Below, one piece after another: positions 20,801 through 28,051 of a stretch of DNA of 41,590 bases; the first letter of the stretch is position 1; every line of letters starts with the position of its first letter. The translations under genes and the position numbers were made by a program. The stretch is from contig JAIERY010000185.1 in the NCBI GenBank assembly GCA_019746425.1, forward strand, positions 1 through 41,590. The letters are read 5' to 3'. This stretch comes from Cytophagaceae bacterium (GTDB lineage: Bacteria; Bacteroidota; Bacteroidia; Cytophagales; Cytophagaceae). The notes under the pieces were generated by a model. It was not told the DNA's origin. It did no database searches and was given only the letters and a program-made list of their open reading frames with translations.

Positions 20801-21343
20801 GATGGTTATATGCAGCACTTTTTTTGGAATAGTTCGATAAATAAATGGTCACATGATGGGCTTGTTTCAAGCTGGTGGACACAAAGCACAAACTATAAAG
20901 TAGCCGGTAAAATATTGGTTAGTTCTATGGGTGTATTGTATAAAGGAGTAGATGGTAGAATGCAGCATTATTATTGGGATTACCCTTGCGAATATTTTGG
21001 AAGCGGAAAATTAAGTAACCCTAATTTTAATTTTCAGAATATGGGATCAGGAATATACAATAATGATGCAACCTCTATCGAAGAATTTTTATCGGCATAC
21101 CCTAATCCAAGTAATGAAATCCTTAATGTTGTTTTTCATGTATTAAATAAAGACGCAGATGTTAAACTGATTCTCTTGGACATATTCGGAAAAGAAATTT
21201 CAATCATTCATTCCAAACAATTTGAAACAGGCAAATTTTCAGAAACTATATCCACTAATAATTTACCGAATGGAATATATTTTCTTCGTTATATTAATAA
21301 CGATCAAATTATTCAAACAATTAAAATCAATATAAATCACTAA
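17894..21343 (+). CDS. Secreted multidomain glycoside hydrolase-like T9SS cargo: signal peptide, DUF5060-like Ig domain, GH5-like TIM barrel, beta-sandwich region, six Trp-rich propeller blades (PLL/DUF346/fucose-lectin-like), T9SS CTD
   Basis: 1149 aa. Signal peptide MTKSFFIALIFVLAIRANTIFAQ. PLYGKFE...NPYDPEIVSIDVQFISPTGKQYNVFGFYY...PWRVRFSPNEIGNWSY is DUF5060-like. GGNLIRVWM, YEIINEL (Glu344) and PFLITEYGF (Glu438) fit GH-A/GH5 acid-base and nucleophile motifs. Six ~51-aa blades share the motif VF(F/Y)xGxDGxMQH(F/Y)(F/Y)WNxxxxxWxHD. C-terminal YPNPSNEILNV...GIYFLRY...IKINI is a type A sorting domain. Confidence 0.8.
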   Translation: MTKSFFIALIFVLAIRANTIFAQGTISSITNITSTNVPLYGKFEAGASLTKNFTNPYDPEIVSIDVQFISPTGKQYNVFGFYYQDYQRLSTSPFWNPIVTAQPWRVRFSPNEIGNWSYIIKVKENNNTITGISSARTFTCTNSSNPGFVSIASNKRYFNFSNGTSFFGIAQDMWSYGGVTSPNNCDPAPCPYACYSQYVYPKYQTWISNFSQNGGNLIRVWMSPTSFELEWPEDAINTNILGNYTPRQYRAYDLDAVFDLAVQNNVYIHLVVMNPDQLGTSFIDPGAVDNGWNGNPYKINIPLTNFGEFFTNSIAKKHFKNKLRYIQSRWGYSPTLANYEIINELDWINHAGMGSNAGNMSAWCNEMATFVKSLHPSHLTNVSFAIGHSGESSGINYLPTMDFTNGHSYSGDQNVEYQRTYFAQNNLNKFNKPFLITEYGFGGHNCWVSEISGQQDFHNTLWSSTFSGSSTTAFYFGADVKFMNSCWGGSVVKNYKPLNTFLQNETFNSSHHTFKPAGNALSVYNSYTPALNQNRPPDAPTFDINGFAPPSWGLDVDGTLIHTDYLVTDITTNDDRNIEVFALKNQNRVIGWVHNKNHYWYNLPHVADNGQIPNPCTYLNNAATSSYPNNITPLINKTLTISNLRCNGQYRIEWYSTQYNYDINNDGINDDGGIIPSLTTFQIANNGSLTINIPNLQPIELNQKPYAPDYGFKIIYQNNFGIQNGKWLHDYTDLWVTPSTTQAAAKPTGDYALSANGLDVFFQGSDGYMQHFFWNSLTNKWSHDGLVASWWTQSANYKVAGKILVSSTGVFYKGADGRMQHYYWNGLTWVHDYTDAWVTPASTQAAAKPIGDYVLSANGLDVFFHGADGYMQHFFWNSSINKWSHDGLVASWWTQSVNYKVAGKILVSSTGVFYKGADGRMQHYYWNGSTWVHDYTDAWVTPASTQAAAKPIGDYVLSANGLDVFFHGADGYMQHFFWNSSINKWSHDGLVSSWWTQSTNYKVAGKILVSSMGVLYKGVDGRMQHYYWDYPCEYFGSGKLSNPNFNFQNMGSGIYNNDATSIEEFLSAYPNPSNEILNVVFHVLNKDADVKLILLDIFGKEISIIHSKQFETGKFSETISTNNLPNGIYFLRYINNDQIIQTIKININH
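20072..20989 (+). repeat. In-frame tandem repeat, 3 units x 306 bp (102 aa, two propeller blades per unit)
   Basis: Units start at 20072, 20378 and 20684 (each at a TGG codon). Units 2 and 3 differ at about 12 of the first 294 nt and share about 138 nt of uninterrupted identity. Unit 1 is more diverged, mainly in its first half. Confidence 0.95.
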
Positions 21344-21344
21344 A

Positions 21345-22274
21345 GTGAAAAAATGGATTCTAAAGGCGGTTGTTCAAAAGACAATATCATATCTGCCTTT
21401 TAGCAGCAGAATTAATTATTTTTTTCAAAAATATATTACAAAAGGAGTATTCTTATCCGATGAATATTTTTATGGCAGACTAATTCATGCCCGCGAACAC
21501 CTTAAGGGCTTTTCAATATATTCAAACATCGACATTCCCAATTCTTGTCTGGAATTGGGGACAGGTTGGTACCCTGTTGTTCCAATTAGTTTTTTTCTTT
21601 CCGGCGTAAAAAAAACTTATTCAGTTGATATATCTTTTCTTACTTCGAAAGAGAGAATAAAAAAAACCATAGAGAAATTTGTAGAAGCAGAGGAAAGAGG
21701 GCTTTTGATAGAATATGTACCAATTAAAAGTGAAAATTTTGAAATATTAGTCAAGCTTTTGAAAGAATATGATTCCCTATCTTTAGAACAAATACTGGAA
21801 AGTATTAACCTTATTTATTTGATAGAAGATGCCAGGAATTTATCGTTGCCTGATGAAAGTATTGATTTGATAAATTCAAACAATACATTTGAGCATATTT
21901 ATCCTGAAATATTAACCTTTATTATAAAAGATTTTAAAAGAGTATGTAAAAAGGGGGGAGTTATGTCGCATTTTATTGATATGACAGATCACTTTGCACA
22001 CTTCGATAAAAGTATAAATATATATAATTTTCTGCATTATTCAGACGCACAATGGAAGTGGATAGATAATAGTATTCAACCCCAAAGCAGACTCAGAATT
22101 GATGATTACAAAAGGATATATGAAAGTTTAGATATTTCTATTTCAGAGCAAAGTTATGAAGAAGGACAAATAGAGGAATTAAAAAAAATTAAACTAGATA
22201 AGAAATATCAAAACAAGCCTTTAGGAACTATTGTGATTAGCCATTGTCATTTTATCTCAAAAATGAAAGGATAA
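21345..22274 (+). CDS. Class I SAM-dependent methyltransferase (polysaccharide-cluster type)
   Basis: 309 aa. GTG start 1 nt after the TAA of the upstream gene. Motif I-like CLELGTGWYP and post-motif IDLINSNNTFEHI. No signal peptide. Confidence 0.72.
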   Translation: MKKWILKAVVQKTISYLPFSSRINYFFQKYITKGVFLSDEYFYGRLIHAREHLKGFSIYSNIDIPNSCLELGTGWYPVVPISFFLSGVKKTYSVDISFLTSKERIKKTIEKFVEAEERGLLIEYVPIKSENFEILVKLLKEYDSLSLEQILESINLIYLIEDARNLSLPDESIDLINSNNTFEHIYPEILTFIIKDFKRVCKKGGVMSHFIDMTDHFAHFDKSINIYNFLHYSDAQWKWIDNSIQPQSRLRIDDYKRIYESLDISISEQSYEEGQIEELKKIKLDKKYQNKPLGTIVISHCHFISKMKG

Positions 22275-22359
22275 TCAATATATATAGCATTACCGGTTTA
22301 ACAACCGCATTGGCCAAGTCCAACCACCCACTGTTCTCAAATATTATTTCGTTACCATC

Positions 22360-23670
22360 TTAATGTCCCAGCACCTGTCTTCGGTGTGCATCCAGCTTTA
22401 AGAATATAAAGACAAGTATTGTAAATGACCATAGTGAGCTGCCTCCGTAGCTGAAAAACGGTAAGGGAATTCCTACCACCGGCAAAATCCCGATAGTCAT
22501 TCCAATGTTAATGGTAAAATGAATGAAGATGATGCATGCTACACAGTAACCATAGGTTTTTGCAAATTTATCTCTTTGCCGTTCAGCAAGGAAAATAAGT
22601 CTCATCATAAAAAAAAGATAGAGTAGTATTAGCATGGAAGATCCAATCCAGCCATGTTCTTCTCCTACGGTACAAAAAATAAAATCAGTACTTTGCTCAG
22701 GCACATATTTTAGTTTCGTTTGAGTACCCTGGAGATATCCTTTTCCTATAAATTCACCTGAGCCAATAGCTATTTTGGATTGCTTGATATTATAACCCGC
22801 TCCTTTGGGATCAGATTCAGGATTAAATAGTATCATGATCCTTTTCTGTTGGTGAGGTTCAAGCTTATTATACACCATGTCTACGCTGAATACTACTATC
22901 ATGCAAGCCACACAAAATCCGGCTATGAGTCCTGCCCTGACTAAAATTTTTTTAATTTTTATATTTTTTCTTCTGAGCAGGGAAAATGCAACCATTGTTA
23001 CAATTATTATTGCTCCAATAATTGCAAGCGACTGCATAATGAGAATTTTATCCTGCAGTATAAGCGTTACTACAAAAAGCGTAGCTGATACAAAGCCCAA
23101 TATCAAGACCCAGGGTGACAGACCCTGACGGAAAAGCACCAGAATAAAGGCAGCAAAGACAAGCATTACACCTGTTTCATTCTGAAGACGAATAAGCGCT
23201 GCCGGTAGGCAAATTATTGCCAAGGCAATAAGCTTTGTTTTCAAATGCTCAAATTTTACATTGATCTGTCCAAGATATGCGGAGAGCGCCAGGGCAGTAG
23301 CAAATTTTGAAAATTCAGCTGGTTGTAATCTCAGTGTTCCTATCTCAAACCAGGATTTGGATCCTTTTACTTCTGTTCCGAAAAATATCGTAGCGATTAG
23401 CAGGAAAATAATCAAACCATAAATGATATAGGAAAATGCAGAGTAGAATTTATAATCCAATATAAAAACAGGAATTATGATAAGTACCAAAGCAGTAGCT
23501 ATCCAGACCAGCTGCTTGCCTGCATTGATATCAAAATTGAAAATGCTTTGTGAAGCAATCGGATTATAGTCGGCAGCATAAATATTCAGCCATCCTGCTG
23601 TAACAAGTAAAGCATACAGCATAATGGTAAGCCAGTCTACGTTCCGGTATATGCTATCTTCTTCTCTCAC
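22360..23670 (-). CDS. rodA: Rod shape-determining protein RodA (SEDS family)
   Basis: 436 aa polytopic. FtsW/RodA/SpoVE pattern ...PEQSTDFIF...GLPLPFFSYGGSS. Overlaps mrdA by 4 nt. Confidence 0.9.
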   Translation of the reverse strand: MREEDSIYRNVDWLTIMLYALLVTAGWLNIYAADYNPIASQSIFNFDINAGKQLVWIATALVLIIIPVFILDYKFYSAFSYIIYGLIIFLLIATIFFGTEVKGSKSWFEIGTLRLQPAEFSKFATALALSAYLGQINVKFEHLKTKLIALAIICLPAALIRLQNETGVMLVFAAFILVLFRQGLSPWVLILGFVSATLFVVTLILQDKILIMQSLAIIGAIIIVTMVAFSLLRRKNIKIKKILVRAGLIAGFCVACMIVVFSVDMVYNKLEPHQQKRIMILFNPESDPKGAGYNIKQSKIAIGSGEFIGKGYLQGTQTKLKYVPEQSTDFIFCTVGEEHGWIGSSMLILLYLFFMMRLIFLAERQRDKFAKTYGYCVACIIFIHFTINIGMTIGILPVVGIPLPFFSYGGSSLWSFTILVFIFLKLDAHRRQVLGH

Positions 23671-25496
23671 TGAATAGAGTCTCTGTTAACTGTTATGAAG
23701 TGTTTATTCAATATATATTTTTCCATATCAGGCCTGATGCTTGTAGTATCATTGAGATATTTTTCAATCATCAGGTTGGCAATAGGCGCTGCCCATGTGC
23801 CTCCGAAACCGGCATTCTCTACGAAAACAGCAATAGCTATTTTAGGGTTCTCTTTTGGAGCAAATGCAATAAATACCGCGTGGTCTTCTCCATGCGGGTT
23901 TTGTGCTGTGCCTGTTTTGCCGCATATGGTCAAACCTTTTATCTGGCTCCATGCTGCAGTACCTGCCAGTACCACCTGTTCCATTCCATCAATCACCACT
24001 TCATAATGTTTGGGGTCAACCATTGTATGGTGCTTTACCAGAAATTTTTCGGGTTTTCTTTTGTCCGGGCCGATTCCTTTTACCAGGTGTGGTGTATAAT
24101 AATATCCACGATTGGCTATGATGGCTGCCAGATTTGCCATTTGTATAGGAATGATGCCTATCTCTCCCTGTCCGATTCCTAAAGAATAGATGGTGGAAAA
24201 TTTCCATCTCAGGTCACCATATACTTTATCATAAAATTTGTTGCTGGGTATAATTCCTCCTTTTTCATTTGGAAGATCAACGCCAAGCTTTTTACCAAAG
24301 CCAAAACTTCTGATGCGTTCATACCACTGGTCAAAGCCAATTTCAGAATCTTTAAACTTATTAGGATTTTTATCCTGATTGATAATTTTTCTGAATACCT
24401 GGTAGTAATAAGGATTGCATGAAAATTGTATAGATCCTTTAACGTCCTGCGGGGAAGGGTGAGGGTGACAATTTACAACCTCCTTATTGCAGGCAAATAA
24501 TGTATTGCTATGTATTACTCCCATATCCAGCGCTATCAATGCCTGAGGCAATTTGAAAATCGAACCAGGGGGATACATCGCCATAAGAGGCCTGTTGAAT
24601 AAAGGCTTCAGAGAATCTTTTTGTAAGGCAGCGGCATTTTTGGAAAATTTTCTTCCGGTAAGCATGTTCGGATTATAAGAAGGGCTGGAAACGATTGCCA
24701 GAATTTCTCCTGTAGAAGGTTCAATGGCAACAATACCTCCTTTTTTATAAGCCATTAGTTGTTCTCCATATTTCTGAAGCTCAAGATCTATGCTGGTATA
24801 AAGATCCATTCCCGGTTCGGGAAGCGTATCATAATCTCCGTTTTTGAAGCGTCCTTTCAGGGCTCCTTTTCTGTCGACCATTATGAATCTTACCCCTTTT
24901 GTTCCTCTGAGGATTTTTTCATAATAAGATTCCAGACCGCTTATTCCGATATAATCTCCCTGAGAATAGTAAGGATCTTTTTGAGTTTCCAGTTGAAACC
25001 TGCTGATCTCGCCGATATACCCCAGCGCATTAGCCATTACATCATATGGATAAGATCTGATTGTTCTTGGCTGTGTGAAAAGACCTTTATACTCCAGGAG
25101 TAGTTCCTGTATCCTGGCATTTTCTACAAATGATAATTGCTTGATTAATGGTGTAGGACGGTTATAGGCAGCATCTCTTCTGATTTCTTTTATGACTTTC
25201 ATAAAGTCTTCCTTAGTGATGCCGAATTTATTGCAAAACTCAAGGGTATCTTTGATATCTGTTTCCCTTTGAGTCATCATCAGGTCAAAAACAGTTTTGT
25301 TTTCGACCAGGCGCTCTCCTTCTCTGGAATATATCAACCCGCGGAATGGATACTCAATAATTTTTCTTGCAGCATTCTGCTGAGCCAGCAGTTTGTATTC
25401 TGAGTCTAATACCTGGAGTTGGAAAAGGCGGACAATAAATATTATAGCAACAAGGATGAAAATCCCCTGAATAATATATTTGCGCTCTTTAATCAT
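23667..25496 (-). CDS. mrdA: Penicillin-binding protein 2 (elongasome transpeptidase)
   Basis: 609 aa. N-terminal TM segment, SxxK (GSIFK), KTGT (GKTGTAQ). Position between mreD and rodA. Confidence 0.9.
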   Translation of the reverse strand: MIKERKYIIQGIFILVAIIFIVRLFQLQVLDSEYKLLAQQNAARKIIEYPFRGLIYSREGERLVENKTVFDLMMTQRETDIKDTLEFCNKFGITKEDFMKVIKEIRRDAAYNRPTPLIKQLSFVENARIQELLLEYKGLFTQPRTIRSYPYDVMANALGYIGEISRFQLETQKDPYYSQGDYIGISGLESYYEKILRGTKGVRFIMVDRKGALKGRFKNGDYDTLPEPGMDLYTSIDLELQKYGEQLMAYKKGGIVAIEPSTGEILAIVSSPSYNPNMLTGRKFSKNAAALQKDSLKPLFNRPLMAMYPPGSIFKLPQALIALDMGVIHSNTLFACNKEVVNCHPHPSPQDVKGSIQFSCNPYYYQVFRKIINQDKNPNKFKDSEIGFDQWYERIRSFGFGKKLGVDLPNEKGGIIPSNKFYDKVYGDLRWKFSTIYSLGIGQGEIGIIPIQMANLAAIIANRGYYYTPHLVKGIGPDKRKPEKFLVKHHTMVDPKHYEVVIDGMEQVVLAGTAAWSQIKGLTICGKTGTAQNPHGEDHAVFIAFAPKENPKIAIAVFVENAGFGGTWAAPIANLMIEKYLNDTTSIRPDMEKYILNKHFITVNRDSIQ

Positions 25497-25502
25497 TTAT
25501 GA

Positions 25503-26024
25503 TCACTTATAATATTTGTTTCCGAGAAATAAATATTGAAATAACGTAAAGACCATTAAGGTAAATATTCCGCTTGCCAGAGATTTTCCAATTAGCTCGA
25601 AAAAAAGTTTTACCCCCCATAATTCCAGAATGAACAGAGTCAGATGATGTATAAAGATCATTACTCCGGCATACATGGTCATCCATTGAAAGCCAAGAGA
25701 GGGAATGGACACTGTAGTTCCTTTGTCGTAACCTCCTTTTGGCGTAAGGATATTAATTATATACGGTCTTATGTAGGCTATTAACACCGAAGCAGCCGCA
25801 TGAATTCCCAAAGTATCATAAAAAATGTCGATGGTCATGCCCAGCAAAAAGGCAATAAACAACAGCAAAAGCGCGGGTGTCTCAAAGGGCAGCAAAAGCA
25901 AAAATCCTATATAAATAAAGCATAAAGCATAATTGAACAAAGCCAGGTTTTTAAAAATAAGGATTTGAAACCCCAGGAAGAGGAAAAAGTATAAAACCAA
26001 ATAGATAATGTTGCTGCCTCTCAT
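25503..26024 (-). CDS. mreD: Rod shape-determining protein MreD
   Basis: 173-aa multi-TM protein immediately after mreC, with a 4-nt overlap. Confidence 0.78.
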   Translation of the reverse strand: MRGSNIIYLVLYFFLFLGFQILIFKNLALFNYALCFIYIGFLLLLPFETPALLLLFIAFLLGMTIDIFYDTLGIHAAASVLIAYIRPYIINILTPKGGYDKGTTVSIPSLGFQWMTMYAGVMIFIHHLTLFILELWGVKLFFELIGKSLASGIFTLMVFTLFQYLFLGNKYYK

Positions 26025-26860
26025 CTTACGATCGGGTCATTTTTATGTTGAAGTGAATCCTGTTCTGCTTCGAGTTTGTTTCCTATAATGTATACAAAGG
26101 ATAAAGAAGTAAAATCAGTCGATAGGTCAAGGCTTGCCTTCCAATAGGAGCCACCTTCCATTTTAAATTCTTTAACTTTTCCGATCATAATCCCTTCAGG
26201 AAAATAGCTGTCATAACCTGATGTGAATACGGTATCTCCTACAGCGATCTTTTGTTGCCTTGTAATATCCAGTAAGGCAGCTTCGTGGGGAGTTCTTCTG
26301 TCCCATTTCACATTACATTCAATATATTTTGTTTTGCTTTTGAGTTTTCCTGAAATAGTAAGATTGTCATGTAAAAGAGAGAATGCTGTGCTGTAATGGT
26401 CTGAGCATTTTTTTATTCTGCCTACAACGCCTTCTGAAGAAATTATTCCCATACCTTCTTTGACGCCATCAAGAGTCCCTTTATCAAGCGTAATATAATT
26501 AGTGAAATGCCCGGTTGAATTATTAATAACTCTGGCAGGAATGAAATAATATTTGTTAACCCTTAGAAAGTCGGAATTATTAGGGATGTTCAGATACTTT
26601 TTTTGCTGTTCGGCTGTAAGAAGCTGTCTCAGGCGGGCATTTTCTGAGGCAAGCTCCCTGTTGACTTGCTTTAATTCAAAATAACTCTGGACGTTTGATT
26701 TTACCTCAAGCACATTGCCTACATATCTGTTGGATGAGTTGAAAAACGCGGCGCCCTGATAATTATTATTGGATACTATAAGCCAAATCGAAACTGTCTC
26801 GAGTAAGACAAAAAACAGGAATGCCCTGTACTGGTAAAAAAATTCAAATAGCCGATACAT
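26021..26860 (-). CDS. mreC: Rod shape-determining protein MreC
   Basis: 279 aa. N-terminal TM segment, coiled-coil ELASENARLRQLL, beta-rich C-terminus with VVGRI and FPEGIMIGKV motifs. Confidence 0.88.
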   Translation of the reverse strand: MYRLFEFFYQYRAFLFFVLLETVSIWLIVSNNNYQGAAFFNSSNRYVGNVLEVKSNVQSYFELKQVNRELASENARLRQLLTAEQQKKYLNIPNNSDFLRVNKYYFIPARVINNSTGHFTNYITLDKGTLDGVKEGMGIISSEGVVGRIKKCSDHYSTAFSLLHDNLTISGKLKSKTKYIECNVKWDRRTPHEAALLDITRQQKIAVGDTVFTSGYDSYFPEGIMIGKVKEFKMEGGSYWKASLDLSTDFTSLSFVYIIGNKLEAEQDSLQHKNDPIVR

Positions 26861-26865
26861 TGAAT

Positions 26866-26930
26866 GTTGGAGGTTGGATGCTGGAAGTTAGATTTGGTTA
26901 GCAATCTCCAACCTCTAACTTCCAACTTCT
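26866..26930 (-). terminator. Hairpin between mreB and mreC (GAAGTTAGAGGTTGG-word family); likely attenuator/terminator
   Basis: GGAAGTTAGATTTGG (26883-26897) pairs with CCAACCTCTAACTTCC (26908-26923), with one bulge. Lies directly after the mreB stop. Confidence 0.5.
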
Positions 26931-26933
26931 AAT

Positions 26934-27959
26934 TTAAGTCATTAATACTGCCTTGTATTTCGCGAGATCTTTGATTGCCATTCCGGTCCCTCTTACTACA
27001 GCTCTGAGCGGATCTTCTGCCACATGTATAGGCAATTTTGTTTTCATAGCAAGTCTTCTATCAAGTCCTCTTAATAGCGCTCCTCCTCCTGTTAAATGTA
27101 TGCCATTATCATAAATATCGGCAGATAGTTCGGGAGGTGAGATCTCCAATGCTTTTAAAACAGCTTCTTCAATTTTGGAAACTGATTTATCCAAAGCAAA
27201 GGCAATTTCTGAATAGGAAACCTTAATAACTTTTGGAATCCCTGTCATAAGATCTCTTCCGCGGATTTCATAATCTTCGGGAGGATTATCCAATTCTGTA
27301 AGCGCTGAGCCAACTTCTATCTTTACTCTTTCTGCTGTTCTTTCGCCGATAAGAAGATTGTGCTGTCTTCTCATATAATCGAGAATGTCTTTATTGAAAA
27401 CATCCCCTGCCACTCTTATAGACTGCTCACATACGATTCCTGATAATGCGATTACGGCAATTTCAGTTGTTCCACCCCCAATGTCAACAATCATTGACCC
27501 GACAGGCTGCTCTATGTCTATTCCTAATCCGATAGCAGCGGCAATAGGTTCGTGAATCATGTATACTTCTTTTGCCCCTGCATGCTCTGCAGAGTCCCTT
27601 ACCGCTCTCTTTTCTACTTCAGTGATACCAGATGGAATGCAGATCACCATTCTATGGGAAGTATTGAAAAATCTCTTTCCTCCCTCGATCATTTTGATCA
27701 TTCCTCTGATCATATGTTCTGCCGCATAGAAATCGGCAATTACGCCGTCTTTCAGCGGGCGGATGGTTTTTATATTTTCGTGAGTCTTTTCGTGCATTTG
27801 CATTGCTTCCCTGCCTATTGCCTTCACTTTTCCTGATATTTTGTCCAGGGCGATAATGGAAGGCTCATCCACTACAATTTTATCCTTATGAATAATCAAA
27901 GTATTCGCTGTTCCCAGGTCAATGGCAATGTCATTAGTGAAAAAATCAAAGAATCCCAT
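26934..27959 (-). CDS. mreB: Rod shape-determining protein MreB (actin homologue)
   Basis: 341 aa. DLGTANT, DIGGGTTE, LTGGGALLRGLD are canonical. Confidence 0.95.
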   Translation of the reverse strand: MGFFDFFTNDIAIDLGTANTLIIHKDKIVVDEPSIIALDKISGKVKAIGREAMQMHEKTHENIKTIRPLKDGVIADFYAAEHMIRGMIKMIEGGKRFFNTSHRMVICIPSGITEVEKRAVRDSAEHAGAKEVYMIHEPIAAAIGLGIDIEQPVGSMIVDIGGGTTEIAVIALSGIVCEQSIRVAGDVFNKDILDYMRRQHNLLIGERTAERVKIEVGSALTELDNPPEDYEIRGRDLMTGIPKVIKVSYSEIAFALDKSVSKIEEAVLKALEISPPELSADIYDNGIHLTGGGALLRGLDRRLAMKTKLPIHVAEDPLRAVVRGTGMAIKDLAKYKAVLMT

Positions 27960-28051
27960 GGTTGATTAATGGTTGATGAAAAATAAGATGCAATAAATAC
28001 TCTGAAATTTACAAATTTGTTTGAAATCTCAAGTCTTTGCTCAGTATATTT

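Noticed and set aside
20313-20891. Two similar minus-strand ORFs (87 and 90 aa) inside the tandem repeat
   Set aside because: They mirror each other only because the underlying DNA is repeated. The plus-strand frame is continuous through a 1149-aa protein with a signal peptide, catalytic motifs and a CTD.
20072-20989. Regularly spaced repeats that could be mistaken for a CRISPR-like or satellite array
   Set aside because: The units are 306 bp, contiguous with no spacers, in frame, and encode propeller blades. There is no cas context.
23695-25103. Plus-strand ORFs (72-160 aa) within mrdA
   Set aside because: They are antisense to a complete PBP2 with SxxK and KTG motifs.
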